Shown: positions 17,788 through 28,363, counted from the stretch's first letter. The stretch: DNA of 50,089 nt from a bacterium (GCA_050239825.1 JBFXGO010000012.1:1-50089); one strand, 5' to 3'. Translations and numbers: made by a program. Notes: generated by a model not told the origin, from the sequence alone.

Positions 17788-19099
17788 AAAATTGACTTTC
17801 CGAAAGGGAGGCATACATCCGGACGAGAGAAAGCTCTTGTCTGAAAATGCTCCGATAAAAAGAATGGATGCTCCTGAAATATTGTACTTGTCTGTCAATC
17901 AGCACCTCGGCTCTCCGATAAAGCCGATTGTGAAGGCAGGCGACAGGGTCACAAAAAATCAGGTCATTGCCGAGGGAGAGGGAATTGTGACTTCAAAGGT
18001 GCATTCGCCTGTATCCGGTGAAGTAGTTGAGATAAAGCAGATGCTCTTTTTTAATGAAGTTAAGGGAGATGTCATTGTAATAAAAAATGACAAGAATTAT
18101 GAGAAGGCGGCAGGAACAGAGATAAATTCAAAACTTCCCGACGGAAAAGAGAAGTTTTTGGAGATAATAAAAAACGCGGGTATAATAGGAATGGGAGGAG
18201 CGGGATTTCCTACTCAGGTTAAGCTCAATCCCCCAAAAGACAAAATCTGCGACACATTCATTATAAATGCGGCTGAATGCGAACCCTACCTCACAACTGA
18301 TGACAGACTTATGATTGATTTTTCGAAAGAGATACTTGAGGGCGCCAAGCTGGTTCTTGACTTTCTTGAGATAAAAAGGTGCCTTATAGGAATAGAAGAA
18401 AACAAGAGAGAGGCATACGAGAAGATGAAGGCGGATAACAAAGATACGAGGATAGAAGTTAAGTTGTTGAAGACAAAGTATCCTCAGGGCGCTGAAAAAC
18501 AGCTGATATATGCCCTCACCAGAAGAGTTGTGCCGATAAGAAAACTGCCCTTTGAAATCGGGGTAATCGTGCAGAATGTCGCAACAGTCAAGGCGATATA
18601 CGATGCTGTGATTTTCAACAAACCTCTTACGGAGAGAGTTTTAACAGTGTCGGGATTGGGGATAAATGAACCTTCAAACATAATAGCGCCTGTCGGAGCA
18701 ACCGTCAATGATGTAATCAGCTTCTGCGGAGGCCTTAACAGTGACGCAAAATACATGATTAACGGAGGGCCTATGATGGGAAAGGCATTTGACAATCCGA
18801 TGCTTCCTGTCACAAAGACTACTTCAGGCCTTCTCTTTTTAACCGATAAAGAGGTTGTCGAAACAGAAGAGAATGTCTGCATAAGGTGCGGCAGATGCAT
18901 CATGGTCTGCCCAATGGGACTCAATCCGACATTCCTGAAGGAAGAGTCGGACAGACGGAATTATGAAAAAATGGATGATGTACTTGACTGCATAGAGTGC
19001 GGTTCATGCTCCTTCGTCTGTCCTTCTTCAAGACAGATTGCTTCAAGCATAGTGAAGGGAAAGCAGAAGTACTCTAAATACATAAAACGGGGAAAATAA
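17780..19099 (+). CDS. rnfC: Rnf subunit C
   Basis: GGIHP, GMGGAGFPT, AECEPYLT, CIRCGRC and CIECGSC. Confidence 0.95.
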   Translation: MAEKLTFRKGGIHPDERKLLSENAPIKRMDAPEILYLSVNQHLGSPIKPIVKAGDRVTKNQVIAEGEGIVTSKVHSPVSGEVVEIKQMLFFNEVKGDVIVIKNDKNYEKAAGTEINSKLPDGKEKFLEIIKNAGIIGMGGAGFPTQVKLNPPKDKICDTFIINAAECEPYLTTDDRLMIDFSKEILEGAKLVLDFLEIKRCLIGIEENKREAYEKMKADNKDTRIEVKLLKTKYPQGAEKQLIYALTRRVVPIRKLPFEIGVIVQNVATVKAIYDAVIFNKPLTERVLTVSGLGINEPSNIIAPVGATVNDVISFCGGLNSDAKYMINGGPMMGKAFDNPMLPVTKTTSGLLFLTDKEVVETEENVCIRCGRCIMVCPMGLNPTFLKEESDRRNYEKMDDVLDCIECGSCSFVCPSSRQIASSIVKGKQKYSKYIKRGK

Positions 19100-19100
19100 C

Positions 19101-20075
19101 ATGACAGATAATAAATTCATTGTAAGACCCGCGCCGTTTCTTAGGAAACCGACAGATGTCAAGATGATAATGTGGACGGTTGTGTTGGCTCTCCTGCCGA
19201 CAACAGTGTGGGCGATATATCTTTATAAAGTAAATGCAGTAATAGTTTTGCTATCTACGATAATTTTCACCGAGCTTTTTGAAATGCTCTTCCTTAAAAT
19301 AAGGGGCCGCAAAAATGTAATAGCGACCGCATTTGACGGAAGCGCTTTTATCACCGGACTTCTTCTTGCTTTGAACCTGCCCTCATCAGCTCCGTGGTGG
19401 ATGTGCGCAGTCGGAGCATTCGTGGCAATGTTTTTCGGCAAGCACATATTCGGAGGGCTTGGGCATAATCCATTCAATCCGGCTCTCATAGCCCGAGTTT
19501 TTCTTCTTCTCTCATTTCCCACTCTGATGACAACATGGAAACAGGGGATGAGTGTGGATGCAGTCACCTGCGCAACTCCTCTCGGGATTCTCAAAACAGA
19601 GGGAGTCGGAGCACTGCAGAATATGGACTATTGGCGTCTGTTTGCCGGACTTCCCATAAACGGAGTCGGAGGCGGTTCCATAGGAGAAATCTCGGAGCTT
19701 GCCGTTCTCATTGGAGGCTTGCTGCTTATTGCCTTGAGAATAATCCCATTCTTTATTCCTCTGATTTACATTTTAACTGTCTATGCGTTTACTTGGATTT
19801 TTCATGCGTCCAATCCTGCAATGTATGCTTCTCCAATGTTTCATATGGTCACAGGCGGATTATTCCTCGGAGCATTCTTTATGGCTACGGATATGGTTAC
19901 GACTCCGATAACATTAAAGGGAAAAGTAATATTCGCCCTCGGCTGCGGACTTGTTACTTCTGTAATCAGAATATTCGGAGCATATCCAGAGGGAGTCTCA
20001 TTCGCAATATTGATTATGGAGACTCTCACTCCAACCATAGACAAGATAACCAAAATTAAAAAGTTTGGAGCTTAA
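19101..20075 (+). CDS. rnfD: Rnf subunit D
   Basis: FGGLGHNPFNPA, ATPL flavinylation site, FMATD, YPEGV. Confidence 0.95.
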   Translation: MTDNKFIVRPAPFLRKPTDVKMIMWTVVLALLPTTVWAIYLYKVNAVIVLLSTIIFTELFEMLFLKIRGRKNVIATAFDGSAFITGLLLALNLPSSAPWWMCAVGAFVAMFFGKHIFGGLGHNPFNPALIARVFLLLSFPTLMTTWKQGMSVDAVTCATPLGILKTEGVGALQNMDYWRLFAGLPINGVGGGSIGEISELAVLIGGLLLIALRIIPFFIPLIYILTVYAFTWIFHASNPAMYASPMFHMVTGGLFLGAFFMATDMVTTPITLKGKVIFALGCGLVTSVIRIFGAYPEGVSFAILIMETLTPTIDKITKIKKFGA

Positions 20076-20077
20076 TT

Positions 20078-20695
20078 ATGAAAGAAAACATAATACAGGT
20101 TGTAAAACTGTTCATTGTCTGTGTGCTCTCAGCCGCGATTCTTGCATGGGTTTACGGATTCACCAAAGCCCCTATTGAAAAATCAAAGCAGAGCGAGACC
20201 CTTGACGCCATTAGACTTGTGGTTACGGGAATGACTGATGAGATGAGTATTGAGGACACACTCATAACTCTTGAAAATGACACAAACAAAATTGAGTCAT
20301 TTATTGTGAGAAATCCGGATTCCACCGTATACGGCTACACTATCAAAACATACACAAACGAGGGATACGGCGGCAAGATTATTATCATGGTCGGAGTCAA
20401 TACAAACTTTGAAATAACCGGAATTCAACCTCTTGAATTCAGTGAAACTCCGGGGCTTGGAACAAAGATGACAAAGAGTGAATTTAAAGATCAGTTTTTA
20501 GGAAAATCCCTTGACAATTTCAGATTTAAAGTGATAAAAGATGATGGCGATATTGTAGCTATCACAGCCGCGACAATCACTTCAAGAGCTGTGGGAGATG
20601 CTGTAAACAGGGGACTCAATGCTCTTGTCTTCACTTTTAAACAGACAACAGATACTGTTTTAACTGACTCCTTGCAAATAGGGGAGGCAAAATGA
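20078..20695 (+). CDS. rnfG: Rnf subunit G
   Basis: GYGG, ETPGLG, ITAATITS FMN site. Confidence 0.93.
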   Translation: MKENIIQVVKLFIVCVLSAAILAWVYGFTKAPIEKSKQSETLDAIRLVVTGMTDEMSIEDTLITLENDTNKIESFIVRNPDSTVYGYTIKTYTNEGYGGKIIIMVGVNTNFEITGIQPLEFSETPGLGTKMTKSEFKDQFLGKSLDNFRFKVIKDDGDIVAITAATITSRAVGDAVNRGLNALVFTFKQTTDTVLTDSLQIGEAK

Positions 20696-21357
20696 AAATT
20701 TTAAGAAAACTCTTTGACGGAATCTGGACAAACAATCCGGTTCTTATAGTTCTTCTCGGATTCTGTCCCACTCTTGCCGTTTCAACCTCTGTGAAGGATG
20801 CAATAGGCATGGGGTTTTCAGCTTTGTTTGTTCTCATCGGCTCCAATGTTGTCATTTCGGCTCTTAGAAAATTTATTCCGGAAAAGATGAGAATACCCGT
20901 ATTCATCATTGTCATTGCAACATTTGTGACAATCGTTGACCTTTTGCTCTATGCATATTTTCCCCAGCTTCACAAATCATTGGGTGTCTTCATTCCGTTG
21001 ATTGTTGTGAACTGCATTGTTTTCGGAAGAGCTGAAGCATTTGCTTCAAAGAATGGAATTATGGACTCTCTCTGGGACGGAATAGGAATGGGGCTCGGCT
21101 TCACTTTTACCATCACAGTCCTTTCATCTGTCAGAGAAATACTCGGAAATGGCACATGGATGGGCATAGAACTCTTCGGCAAATCATACTCTCCCGCGAT
21201 TGTTGCAATACTTCCTCCGGGAGCGTTTATGACTCTTGGTGTGATGCTTGCAGGAATGAATAAAATAAACATGAACATGGAAGCAAAGAGGAAGGCAAAA
21301 GAGAAACTCGAGAAAGAGAGAGCAAAACAATTAAAAGAGAGTGTGGCAAATGGTTAA
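20692..21357 (+). CDS. rnfE: Rnf subunit E
   Basis: LGFCPTLAV, RIP, PLIVVNC, PPGAF. Confidence 0.95.
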   Translation: MKILRKLFDGIWTNNPVLIVLLGFCPTLAVSTSVKDAIGMGFSALFVLIGSNVVISALRKFIPEKMRIPVFIIVIATFVTIVDLLLYAYFPQLHKSLGVFIPLIVVNCIVFGRAEAFASKNGIMDSLWDGIGMGLGFTFTITVLSSVREILGNGTWMGIELFGKSYSPAIVAILPPGAFMTLGVMLAGMNKINMNMEAKRKAKEKLEKERAKQLKESVANG

Positions 21358-21931
21358 ATTGATAATACTGGCAATAGACTCAATGCTCATTTCAAACATA
21401 GTTTTGATGAGATTCTTGGGTATATGCCCATACATCGGAGTTTCAAAAAAACAGGAGACTGCCGCCGGAATGGGTTTTGCGGTCATATTTGTGATGGTTA
21501 TGGCGACATTGATTTCATTCTTCATTCAAAAGGGGATACTTGATCCTCTTAATCTCGGCTATCTTCAGACAATAGTATTCATACTTGTAATAGCCTCTCT
21601 CGTGCAGATGCTTGAAGTAATGCTCAAAAAAATAGCTCCGTCCCTTTTTGATGCGCTTGGCATATATCTACCGCTCATAACAACAAACTGCACTATTCTT
21701 GGAGTTGCAATTTTGACAATACAGAAAAATTTCAATTTTATTGAAGCTCTTGTATTCTCCTTTTCAACAGGCATAGGATATCTCATCGCCATTTATTTAT
21801 TCGCCGGAATAAGAGAGCGTCTTGAATGGTCTGACATTCCAAAGCCCTTTCAGGGAGCCTCAATAGGAATAATCACAGCAGGGCTTCTCTCTCTGGCATT
21901 TTTCGGCTTCACTGGACTCGTCAAACTATGA
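21350..21931 (+). CDS. rnfA: Rnf subunit A
   Basis: FLGICPY, LGIYLPLITTNC; start MVKLII. Confidence 0.95.
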   Translation: MVKLIILAIDSMLISNIVLMRFLGICPYIGVSKKQETAAGMGFAVIFVMVMATLISFFIQKGILDPLNLGYLQTIVFILVIASLVQMLEVMLKKIAPSLFDALGIYLPLITTNCTILGVAILTIQKNFNFIEALVFSFSTGIGYLIAIYLFAGIRERLEWSDIPKPFQGASIGIITAGLLSLAFFGFTGLVKL

Positions 21932-22854
21932 GAATAAAAAGAATTGTAATAGTATTTCTTATCCTGATTATTTTGTCCTCCTGCGCCATTGAAAACAGGC
22001 GCAGGAAAACATTTTTGGCGATGGGAAATATTCCGATAGAAGTGACTCTATATACAAAGGATAATCTTGATTTTGAAAAGACATTTGATGAAATTGAAAG
22101 TGAGATTAAGCGCCTTGATTCACTCTTTTCAAAGCACAATCCGATGTCGGAAGTCTCTCTTTTCAACAACTCGGCAAAGGGAATTCAGGCGTCTGAGGAC
22201 ATAATAACTCTTGTTATTCTCTCAGACTCAATGAAGAGAAAAACAAAAGGATATTTTGACATTGAAATAGAGACACTGCTTTCATACTATAAGAGATGCG
22301 AAGACAAGCAGAGCGACCTGTCAGACGACTCCATTCTCCTTTATACGGGAGCGATTTTGAAGGATTCGGTTTACATCAAGAATGATTCCATTCTGAAGAG
22401 TGATCCTGTTATCAAAATTGATTTTGGAGGAATCGCAAAAGGATATTTCGGGGATGCGATTGTGGCGATAATGAAGAAGAATCTTTTTAAGAAGGGAATC
22501 GCCAATCTCGGAGGAGATATTTCGGTTGTAAACGATGCGGATGATGATTTCTTCAAGGTTGGTATAAGAAGCGCGGCTGGAGACTCCGTGGCAAAGGTGG
22601 ATTCCATTCAAAACGGAGCAATCGTAACAAGCGGCGATTACTTCAGGTTCTACGAAATAAAAAACAAAAAATACTGCCATATAATAAATCCGAAAACCGG
22701 TTATCAGGCTGACAATATTCATTCCGTCACGGTTAAAGCCCTGACGGGATTTGAAGCAGACGCATTTGCCACTGCGGTTATGCTGATGGACAGTTTCGAG
22801 CTGGATGATTTCAAAGAAAAAAACAAAGAAGTATCAATCTATATTCAGAAATAG
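21928..22854 (+). CDS. apbE: FAD:protein FMN transferase lipoprotein
   Basis: Lipobox LSSC; DFGGIAKGY, TSGDY, HIINPKTG, ADAFATA. Confidence 0.93.
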   Translation: MRIKRIVIVFLILIILSSCAIENRRRKTFLAMGNIPIEVTLYTKDNLDFEKTFDEIESEIKRLDSLFSKHNPMSEVSLFNNSAKGIQASEDIITLVILSDSMKRKTKGYFDIEIETLLSYYKRCEDKQSDLSDDSILLYTGAILKDSVYIKNDSILKSDPVIKIDFGGIAKGYFGDAIVAIMKKNLFKKGIANLGGDISVVNDADDDFFKVGIRSAAGDSVAKVDSIQNGAIVTSGDYFRFYEIKNKKYCHIINPKTGYQADNIHSVTVKALTGFEADAFATAVMLMDSFELDDFKEKNKEVSIYIQK

Positions 22855-22870
22855 TATAAGGAGTTACAAA

Positions 22871-24100
22871 ATGTCACACACAATAATAATCGGAGGCGGA
22901 ATAATCGGAGGTTCAATCCTCTATAATCTTTACGAGAACGGATACACAGGAAAAACCACTGTTCTCGAGAGAAAGTCCCAGCTTTCGCAGGAATCGACAT
23001 CACTATCCGCAGGCGGATTCAGGAACATCTGGTCAACCAAGGTAAATCTACAACTGACAAATTACTCGATTGAAGCATTTAAGAGGTTCAAGGAAGAGCT
23101 TGGAGAAAACATAGGTTTTGAGCAGGTGGGGTATCTTTTTACTTATTATGAGAAAGAGTTTGAGGCGATAAAGAACTTCAAGCCCGTCCTTGATCAGAAC
23201 AAAGTCAGAACCGAACTTCTGAAACCCGAGGATATCAAAAAGTATGTGCCGGGATTTATCCCCACAATCGACCACATAAGCAAAGAAGAAAATGAGGTTC
23301 TGAACATGAAGGAGATAGCGGGCGGTCTCTTCGGACCCGACTGCGGAATGTTCAATCCCACTTCCGCTTCAAACAGGTACTTTGAGTACACCAAAGAAAA
23401 GCATCAGAGTAAGATAGACATAAAATTGAACTCAGAAGTAAAGAAGATTCTCTTTAAAGGAAACAAAACAATAGGAGTTGAACTTTCTGACAATACGATT
23501 ATTGAAGGCGACATAGTCATACTCGCTGCAGGAGCATTTTCCGGAGACCTTATAAAAAAATCTACAAGCAATGAGGATTTTTATATTCCTGTGGTTCCCT
23601 GGAAGAGAATGCTTTTCACAGTGAAGATGCCTCCCATTGAGGGCTTTGAGAAAGTTCCGATGACAATAATAGACAACGGAGTCTATTTTCACCCTGAAAA
23701 AAGCAATCTGCTTGTAGGTAGGGCCGACCCTCTTCAGCCTTTCGGTTATGATTACAAACCGGAACCGACCTATTACGAAGAGCAGATGAACTACTACATG
23801 TCCGCAAGAATTCCCGGAATGGACCATTGCAGAATCATCTCAAATCAGTCGATGTGGGGAGGATTATACGAGCATAACACTGAGGACAAGAACGGAATAA
23901 TCGGATTCCATTCAGACCTGCAGAATCTCTTCATAGCGACGGGATTCAGCGGTCATGGCGTTATGGAATCGCCGGGTATAGGAATTTCTGTCGCAGAAAT
24001 GATTCTTGAAAACAGATATAAAACAATACCCGATGTAAAAGATTTGGCATTTGAGAGATTCAGAAAAAAAGAGTTGATAAAAGAGACAATTGTGATATAA
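22871..24100 (+). CDS. FAD-dependent oxidoreductase (DAO / sarcosine oxidase beta-like)
   Basis: IIIGGGIIG, SAGG, ATGFSGHG; AAGGAG SD before ATG 22871. Confidence 0.88.
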   Translation: MSHTIIIGGGIIGGSILYNLYENGYTGKTTVLERKSQLSQESTSLSAGGFRNIWSTKVNLQLTNYSIEAFKRFKEELGENIGFEQVGYLFTYYEKEFEAIKNFKPVLDQNKVRTELLKPEDIKKYVPGFIPTIDHISKEENEVLNMKEIAGGLFGPDCGMFNPTSASNRYFEYTKEKHQSKIDIKLNSEVKKILFKGNKTIGVELSDNTIIEGDIVILAAGAFSGDLIKKSTSNEDFYIPVVPWKRMLFTVKMPPIEGFEKVPMTIIDNGVYFHPEKSNLLVGRADPLQPFGYDYKPEPTYYEEQMNYYMSARIPGMDHCRIISNQSMWGGLYEHNTEDKNGIIGFHSDLQNLFIATGFSGHGVMESPGIGISVAEMILENRYKTIPDVKDLAFERFRKKELIKETIVI

Positions 24101-24118
24101 TTATAAAAAGAGGAAATA

Positions 24119-24523
24119 ATGAGTAAAGCAGTGGCAAATTTCATTTTTGATGTTGATGCAATAAACAAATACTTTGTGCCTCTACTGGAAGTAGAGGATA
24201 GAAAGAATTTGTTCAAGAAGGACTATGGGCTTTGGTTCGATTTCCTTTCACTCATTGTGGAGGCTCTCAGATTTTATTCAGAGGACCCGAAAATCGATTT
24301 CAAACAGGTCTTTGATGATTTGAACGGAAAAGTCCCTTATAACGGCAGAAGAAAGAAGCTTGAGAAAGAGGGTGCTCTGCTCGTTTTTTCGCTCTTTTCC
24401 GATTCTGTCACCGACTATCTCTTCAACTTGAAAATCGACCCGGGAAGACGCCTTATAATACGGCAGACAGTTGCCAAATTCAAGGATGATTCAAAGGAGT
24501 CGATTCTCAAGCTGTTGGATTGA
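24119..24523 (+). CDS. Hypothetical protein
   Basis: 134-aa ORF with SD-like gagga, in an operon context. Confidence 0.7.
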   Translation: MSKAVANFIFDVDAINKYFVPLLEVEDRKNLFKKDYGLWFDFLSLIVEALRFYSEDPKIDFKQVFDDLNGKVPYNGRRKKLEKEGALLVFSLFSDSVTDYLFNLKIDPGRRLIIRQTVAKFKDDSKESILKLLD

Positions 24524-26274
24524 TGTATCAGATAAATTATATATTAATTTTCGGCGCAATTATCTCAATCTTCCTCGCAAGTTATATCTTGTATAGGAAG
24601 GATATTGATTCCAGAAAATTATCCGTAATTCAGCTTTTGATTGTTGTCTTTCTGACAGAGCTTATTTTTTTCATAGTCACTGAAACATTGGGATTCGACA
24701 GAAGCAAAATCTGGTTTTATGTATTTGCAACTCTTTTCATCTACTCACAGTATTTCATTTTTTTCTACTTTTTTGAATCTCTCTTCAAGAATATCTATGT
24801 TAAAGTGTTATATCCTCTTTTTGTTTTTATCCTCACGATAATAATATTTCTTCTTTTTTCAGGCAGTTTTGAGGCAATGTATGAAAATCTGACGAACAAC
24901 TTTTCTTCAGAATACAATATCACCGCGATAAACAATATAACATTTTCACTTGTGATACTTTGGGCTATACTGACGGTTCTTTCTCTGATAATGAAACGAT
25001 ACTATTTTCTTGTTCTTGGAATACTCTTCGAATCGACATATCTCCTCAGTATGTTTGCTCCTGCGGGCATAAATCAGCTTACCATTGCATTTCATGCTCT
25101 CGTAATACTGTTTAGTCCTATTGGAATTCTTTTGGATTTTATCAAGTTCAACAAGTATTCCCTATACCGTCAATATGATGCGGACTCGGTTCTTAATTCA
25201 TTTCCGTTCGGAGTATTGATAATCCACCACAATGACAGAGTGTCCGCAAACAAGTTCCTGATGACGATTTTCAACAATGAATCGGCAACGCCGCATGTGT
25301 GGTACAAAGAGCATAAACAGCTTCTCCAAGCTCTTGAATATGAATCATTCTCCAGTATAGAGATGAATATCGGAAGGAGGGAGTACCATCTTTACATTCA
25401 GAGAATCAAACTCTCAAACCAGTTTCATAAAACCGACATGTTTGTCATATTCAATTATACAAACATACAGGTTCTGGAAAAAATGTCGAAGGAGTACACC
25501 AATTTTGTAGTGACTTCTCTTATGGACAAAATCTATCAGTATAATGTTCAGATACAGTACAATCAGATGTTTGAATTTTTAAGGGGATTCGCGCATAATT
25601 CATTTTCTATGATTTCAGTCATTAAGGCAGGGTTTGAGTATCTGATAGATGGAGTCGACTCTTTTGAAACAATTCTCTTTACAACAAAAAACATGGCTAA
25701 AATGAAGGAACAGCTTGTTGAAAAATTCAATCTTATGGAGAAGACTTTAAATCTGACAAATGTCGGAGTCGCGAAGCTTATGGATTCTTTTAAGATCCTC
25801 AACAGCAAAATTCGGTTTGAGTTTCTTACAGAGGCAACCAACTTTAATGTCAACTCACTCATTGAACAGGAGCTTTTCTTTTACATTACAAATACACAAT
25901 ACAAATATTCTATAAACATTGAGACAAAACTAAATGATAAAATAAGGGAGATTCTCTTCAATTACAAGATTCTCTCTACGATATTTCACAATGTTCTCGG
26001 ATTTATAATAAATGAAATGACCACATCTCATATAAAAAGAATTATAATTGAAACTTATGAGAACAATGACAATAAGATAGTGCTTAGGATGGAAGGAAGC
26101 GTAGAGGATTATGAACATAGAAAGATAGATGATATACTTTATTCTTCAATGTATGTGACAGACGACAAATACGCTCCTCTAATAAATGCCTTTCTGATGG
26201 CTAAATCAACCGGCTCTTCTCTTAAAAGAATTGACTCTAAAAATCTCATTTTTGAATTTGTTATAAACGAATAG
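24523..26274 (+). CDS. Multi-TM membrane protein with degenerate histidine-kinase-like cytoplasmic part
   Basis: About 7 transmembrane helices, PAS-like LNSFPFGVLII, H-box-like GFAHN; no G-boxes. Confidence 0.6.
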   Translation: MYQINYILIFGAIISIFLASYILYRKDIDSRKLSVIQLLIVVFLTELIFFIVTETLGFDRSKIWFYVFATLFIYSQYFIFFYFFESLFKNIYVKVLYPLFVFILTIIIFLLFSGSFEAMYENLTNNFSSEYNITAINNITFSLVILWAILTVLSLIMKRYYFLVLGILFESTYLLSMFAPAGINQLTIAFHALVILFSPIGILLDFIKFNKYSLYRQYDADSVLNSFPFGVLIIHHNDRVSANKFLMTIFNNESATPHVWYKEHKQLLQALEYESFSSIEMNIGRREYHLYIQRIKLSNQFHKTDMFVIFNYTNIQVLEKMSKEYTNFVVTSLMDKIYQYNVQIQYNQMFEFLRGFAHNSFSMISVIKAGFEYLIDGVDSFETILFTTKNMAKMKEQLVEKFNLMEKTLNLTNVGVAKLMDSFKILNSKIRFEFLTEATNFNVNSLIEQELFFYITNTQYKYSINIETKLNDKIREILFNYKILSTIFHNVLGFIINEMTTSHIKRIIIETYENNDNKIVLRMEGSVEDYEHRKIDDILYSSMYVTDDKYAPLINAFLMAKSTGSSLKRIDSKNLIFEFVINE

Positions 26275-26311
26275 ACCTTTTTTCTTTGATTATCCCATTC
26301 TCAGAATCACA

Positions 26312-26456
26312 ATAAAAAAACCACCTCAATATTGTGATTAATGGGATTGGGAGGGAAGAAGTATGGAGGAGGGGATATGAGGAAATATTGAGGTGGTTGT
26401 ATTTCAAATCCTATGAGGATTAAATTTCATTTTCAAAGACCTTTTGATATTTGCTT
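26312..26456 (-). ncRNA. Candidate small RNA with C-rich (anti-SD-like) loop
   Basis: Minus-strand promoter TTGAAT-16-TATAAT (26490-26463); 15-bp perfect stem 26319-26333/26384-26398; CCUCCUCC loop; T-run. Confidence 0.55.
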
Positions 26457-26510
26457 TATTATATTATAATCAGATAATCTGAAAATTCAAGTCTAAAATA
26501 TTTGTTTCAG

Positions 26511-27863
26511 TCAGAAAATCATTTCAGCAAGAGTTAAATATATGAAAATCGAGAAGATATCAATAATCGAGGCAATAAATGGAGCCGACATCAAAGCAGG
26601 GTCAAGCTTAAGTTTTTTGAAAAAGACTGGGAATACGGCTCCAAGAACAGTAGACAGAGTGACAACAAAAACCATTGAAATTCCGACTGTAAATGCAAGA
26701 CGCATGTCATGATGAGCATCAGTCAAAACAGCTCTGATGCCGCTCGCCAACCCGAGAGCAAGTCCGATTAATAAACCTGTAGCCATCTCTTTTAGCATTA
26801 TCCTCCAAATATCTTTCATGTCAAGCTCTCCTGTCGCCAATCCTCTTATGATGACTGTGGATGACTGAGTTCCCGCATTTCCGGCAGAACCAGATAGAAG
26901 GGGAAGGAAAAAAGCCAGAGCTATTACGTTTTCAAGTATCTCCTGTTTTATCTGCATTATCAAACCGGAGATGAAACCGACTGCGACAAGAAGCAGTAGC
27001 CAGATTATCCTTTGTTTTGCCAGCAGAAAAGGATTGGATGAAATATAATCAACATCTCCCTGTACCGAACCATGCCGCAGGAAGTCCTCAGTCGCTTCCT
27101 CAGTAACCACATCAACCACATCGTCAATTGTTATAATTCCAACCATCTTGTTTTCATGGTCAATTACAGGTACTACAACAAGGTCATAATCCGCCATCAC
27201 TTTTGAGACATTCTCCTGGTCATCATCTATTTTCACGCTTATTATCTCGCGATTCATAATTTCCTTTATTAGCTGACTCTCTTTTGAAAGAATGAATTTG
27301 TCAAGGTTGACTCCTCCCACAAGGCGCCTCTCCTCATCAACAATGTAAATGGAAAATATGGTCTCTCTTTCGGGAGCGATGTGTTTCAGGTGTATAAGAC
27401 CCTCGGAAACAGTCATGTTCATATTGAGAGTTGCGTATTCGGTGGTCATTATTGCGCCTGCGGTAGACTCCTGATAGTTTAACAGACGCTTTATGTCATT
27501 TCTCTCCGCCTGCGCAATGAAAGGCATCAAAGAGTCAACAAGCTTTTTATCAAGGGATTTTAGTAGGTCTACTCTGTCATCTGCAGACATCTCCTCGATG
27601 AGTTTAACCATCTGGTCGCGTGTAAGAGCGCGGAATATCTCTTCTCTGTCCTCATCCTCAAAATATTCAAAAACCTCTGCTCCTATTGGAAAACCAAGCT
27701 TCATTATAACTCTGGCTATATCTTCTGTTTCAAGCCCTTCAATAAGCGAAAAAATTTCAAAGGGGTGTACATTGTGGAAAATTTCACGCAGTATCTCGCG
27801 CGCATTTTCCTCTGTGAGTATCTCTCTAAGTTCAACACCTGCTATTGAAATCTTTCCACGCAT
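26511..27863 (-). CDS. mgtE: Magnesium transporter MgtE
   Basis: TAGAIMTTEY, CBS domains, GNAGTQS, DPALMSAPFI. Confidence 0.95.
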   Translation of the reverse strand: MRGKISIAGVELREILTEENAREILREIFHNVHPFEIFSLIEGLETEDIARVIMKLGFPIGAEVFEYFEDEDREEIFRALTRDQMVKLIEEMSADDRVDLLKSLDKKLVDSLMPFIAQAERNDIKRLLNYQESTAGAIMTTEYATLNMNMTVSEGLIHLKHIAPERETIFSIYIVDEERRLVGGVNLDKFILSKESQLIKEIMNREIISVKIDDDQENVSKVMADYDLVVVPVIDHENKMVGIITIDDVVDVVTEEATEDFLRHGSVQGDVDYISSNPFLLAKQRIIWLLLLVAVGFISGLIMQIKQEILENVIALAFFLPLLSGSAGNAGTQSSTVIIRGLATGELDMKDIWRIMLKEMATGLLIGLALGLASGIRAVLTDAHHDMRLAFTVGISMVFVVTLSTVLGAVFPVFFKKLKLDPALMSAPFIASIIDIFSIFIYLTLAEMIF

Positions 27864-28225
27864 CAGATAATTCCTCTCTTTTTTGCGAGTTCTTTCCTGT
27901 CGATCATTCTTGCTTTTGTATAATCCTTCAATATTATCTCATCAGAATTGAAATGCTTTGCAATTACATTGAGGACATCTGCGGTGTATTTGTCAAATAT
28001 CGCGCCGCTTCCTTTGACAAAATAATTTACGAACTCTCCGTCCTTTACCTCTGATATAAGACCTGCATGGTGTAGGGAGTCAATGTGCGGTTTGAGTTCA
28101 TCATCATTTATACCGAAAATTTCAGAAAGCTCAAACATTGTGCACATCTTCTTTGAAAGAAGCTTTATAATCCTGATTCTTGTTTTGTCTGAAAGCACCG
28201 AAAAGAGAGTAATCAATTTATCCAT
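27863..28225 (-). CDS. ArsR/SmtB-family transcriptional regulator
   Basis: FSVLSDKTRIRIIKLL winged HTH; AAGGAG SD before ATG 28225. Confidence 0.8.
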   Translation of the reverse strand: MDKLITLFSVLSDKTRIRIIKLLSKKMCTMFELSEIFGINDDELKPHIDSLHHAGLISEVKDGEFVNYFVKGSGAIFDKYTADVLNVIAKHFNSDEIILKDYTKARMIDRKELAKKRGII

Positions 28226-28363
28226 AATGAGACTCCTTTTTATATAACTCAAATATTTTAATCATTTTATACCATTTGTCAAAGAAAAAGAGAAACAGAA
28301 AACATTTCTATTGAAAAAAATCTATAATATATTATATTATATAATATATAAATTGGAGGTTAT

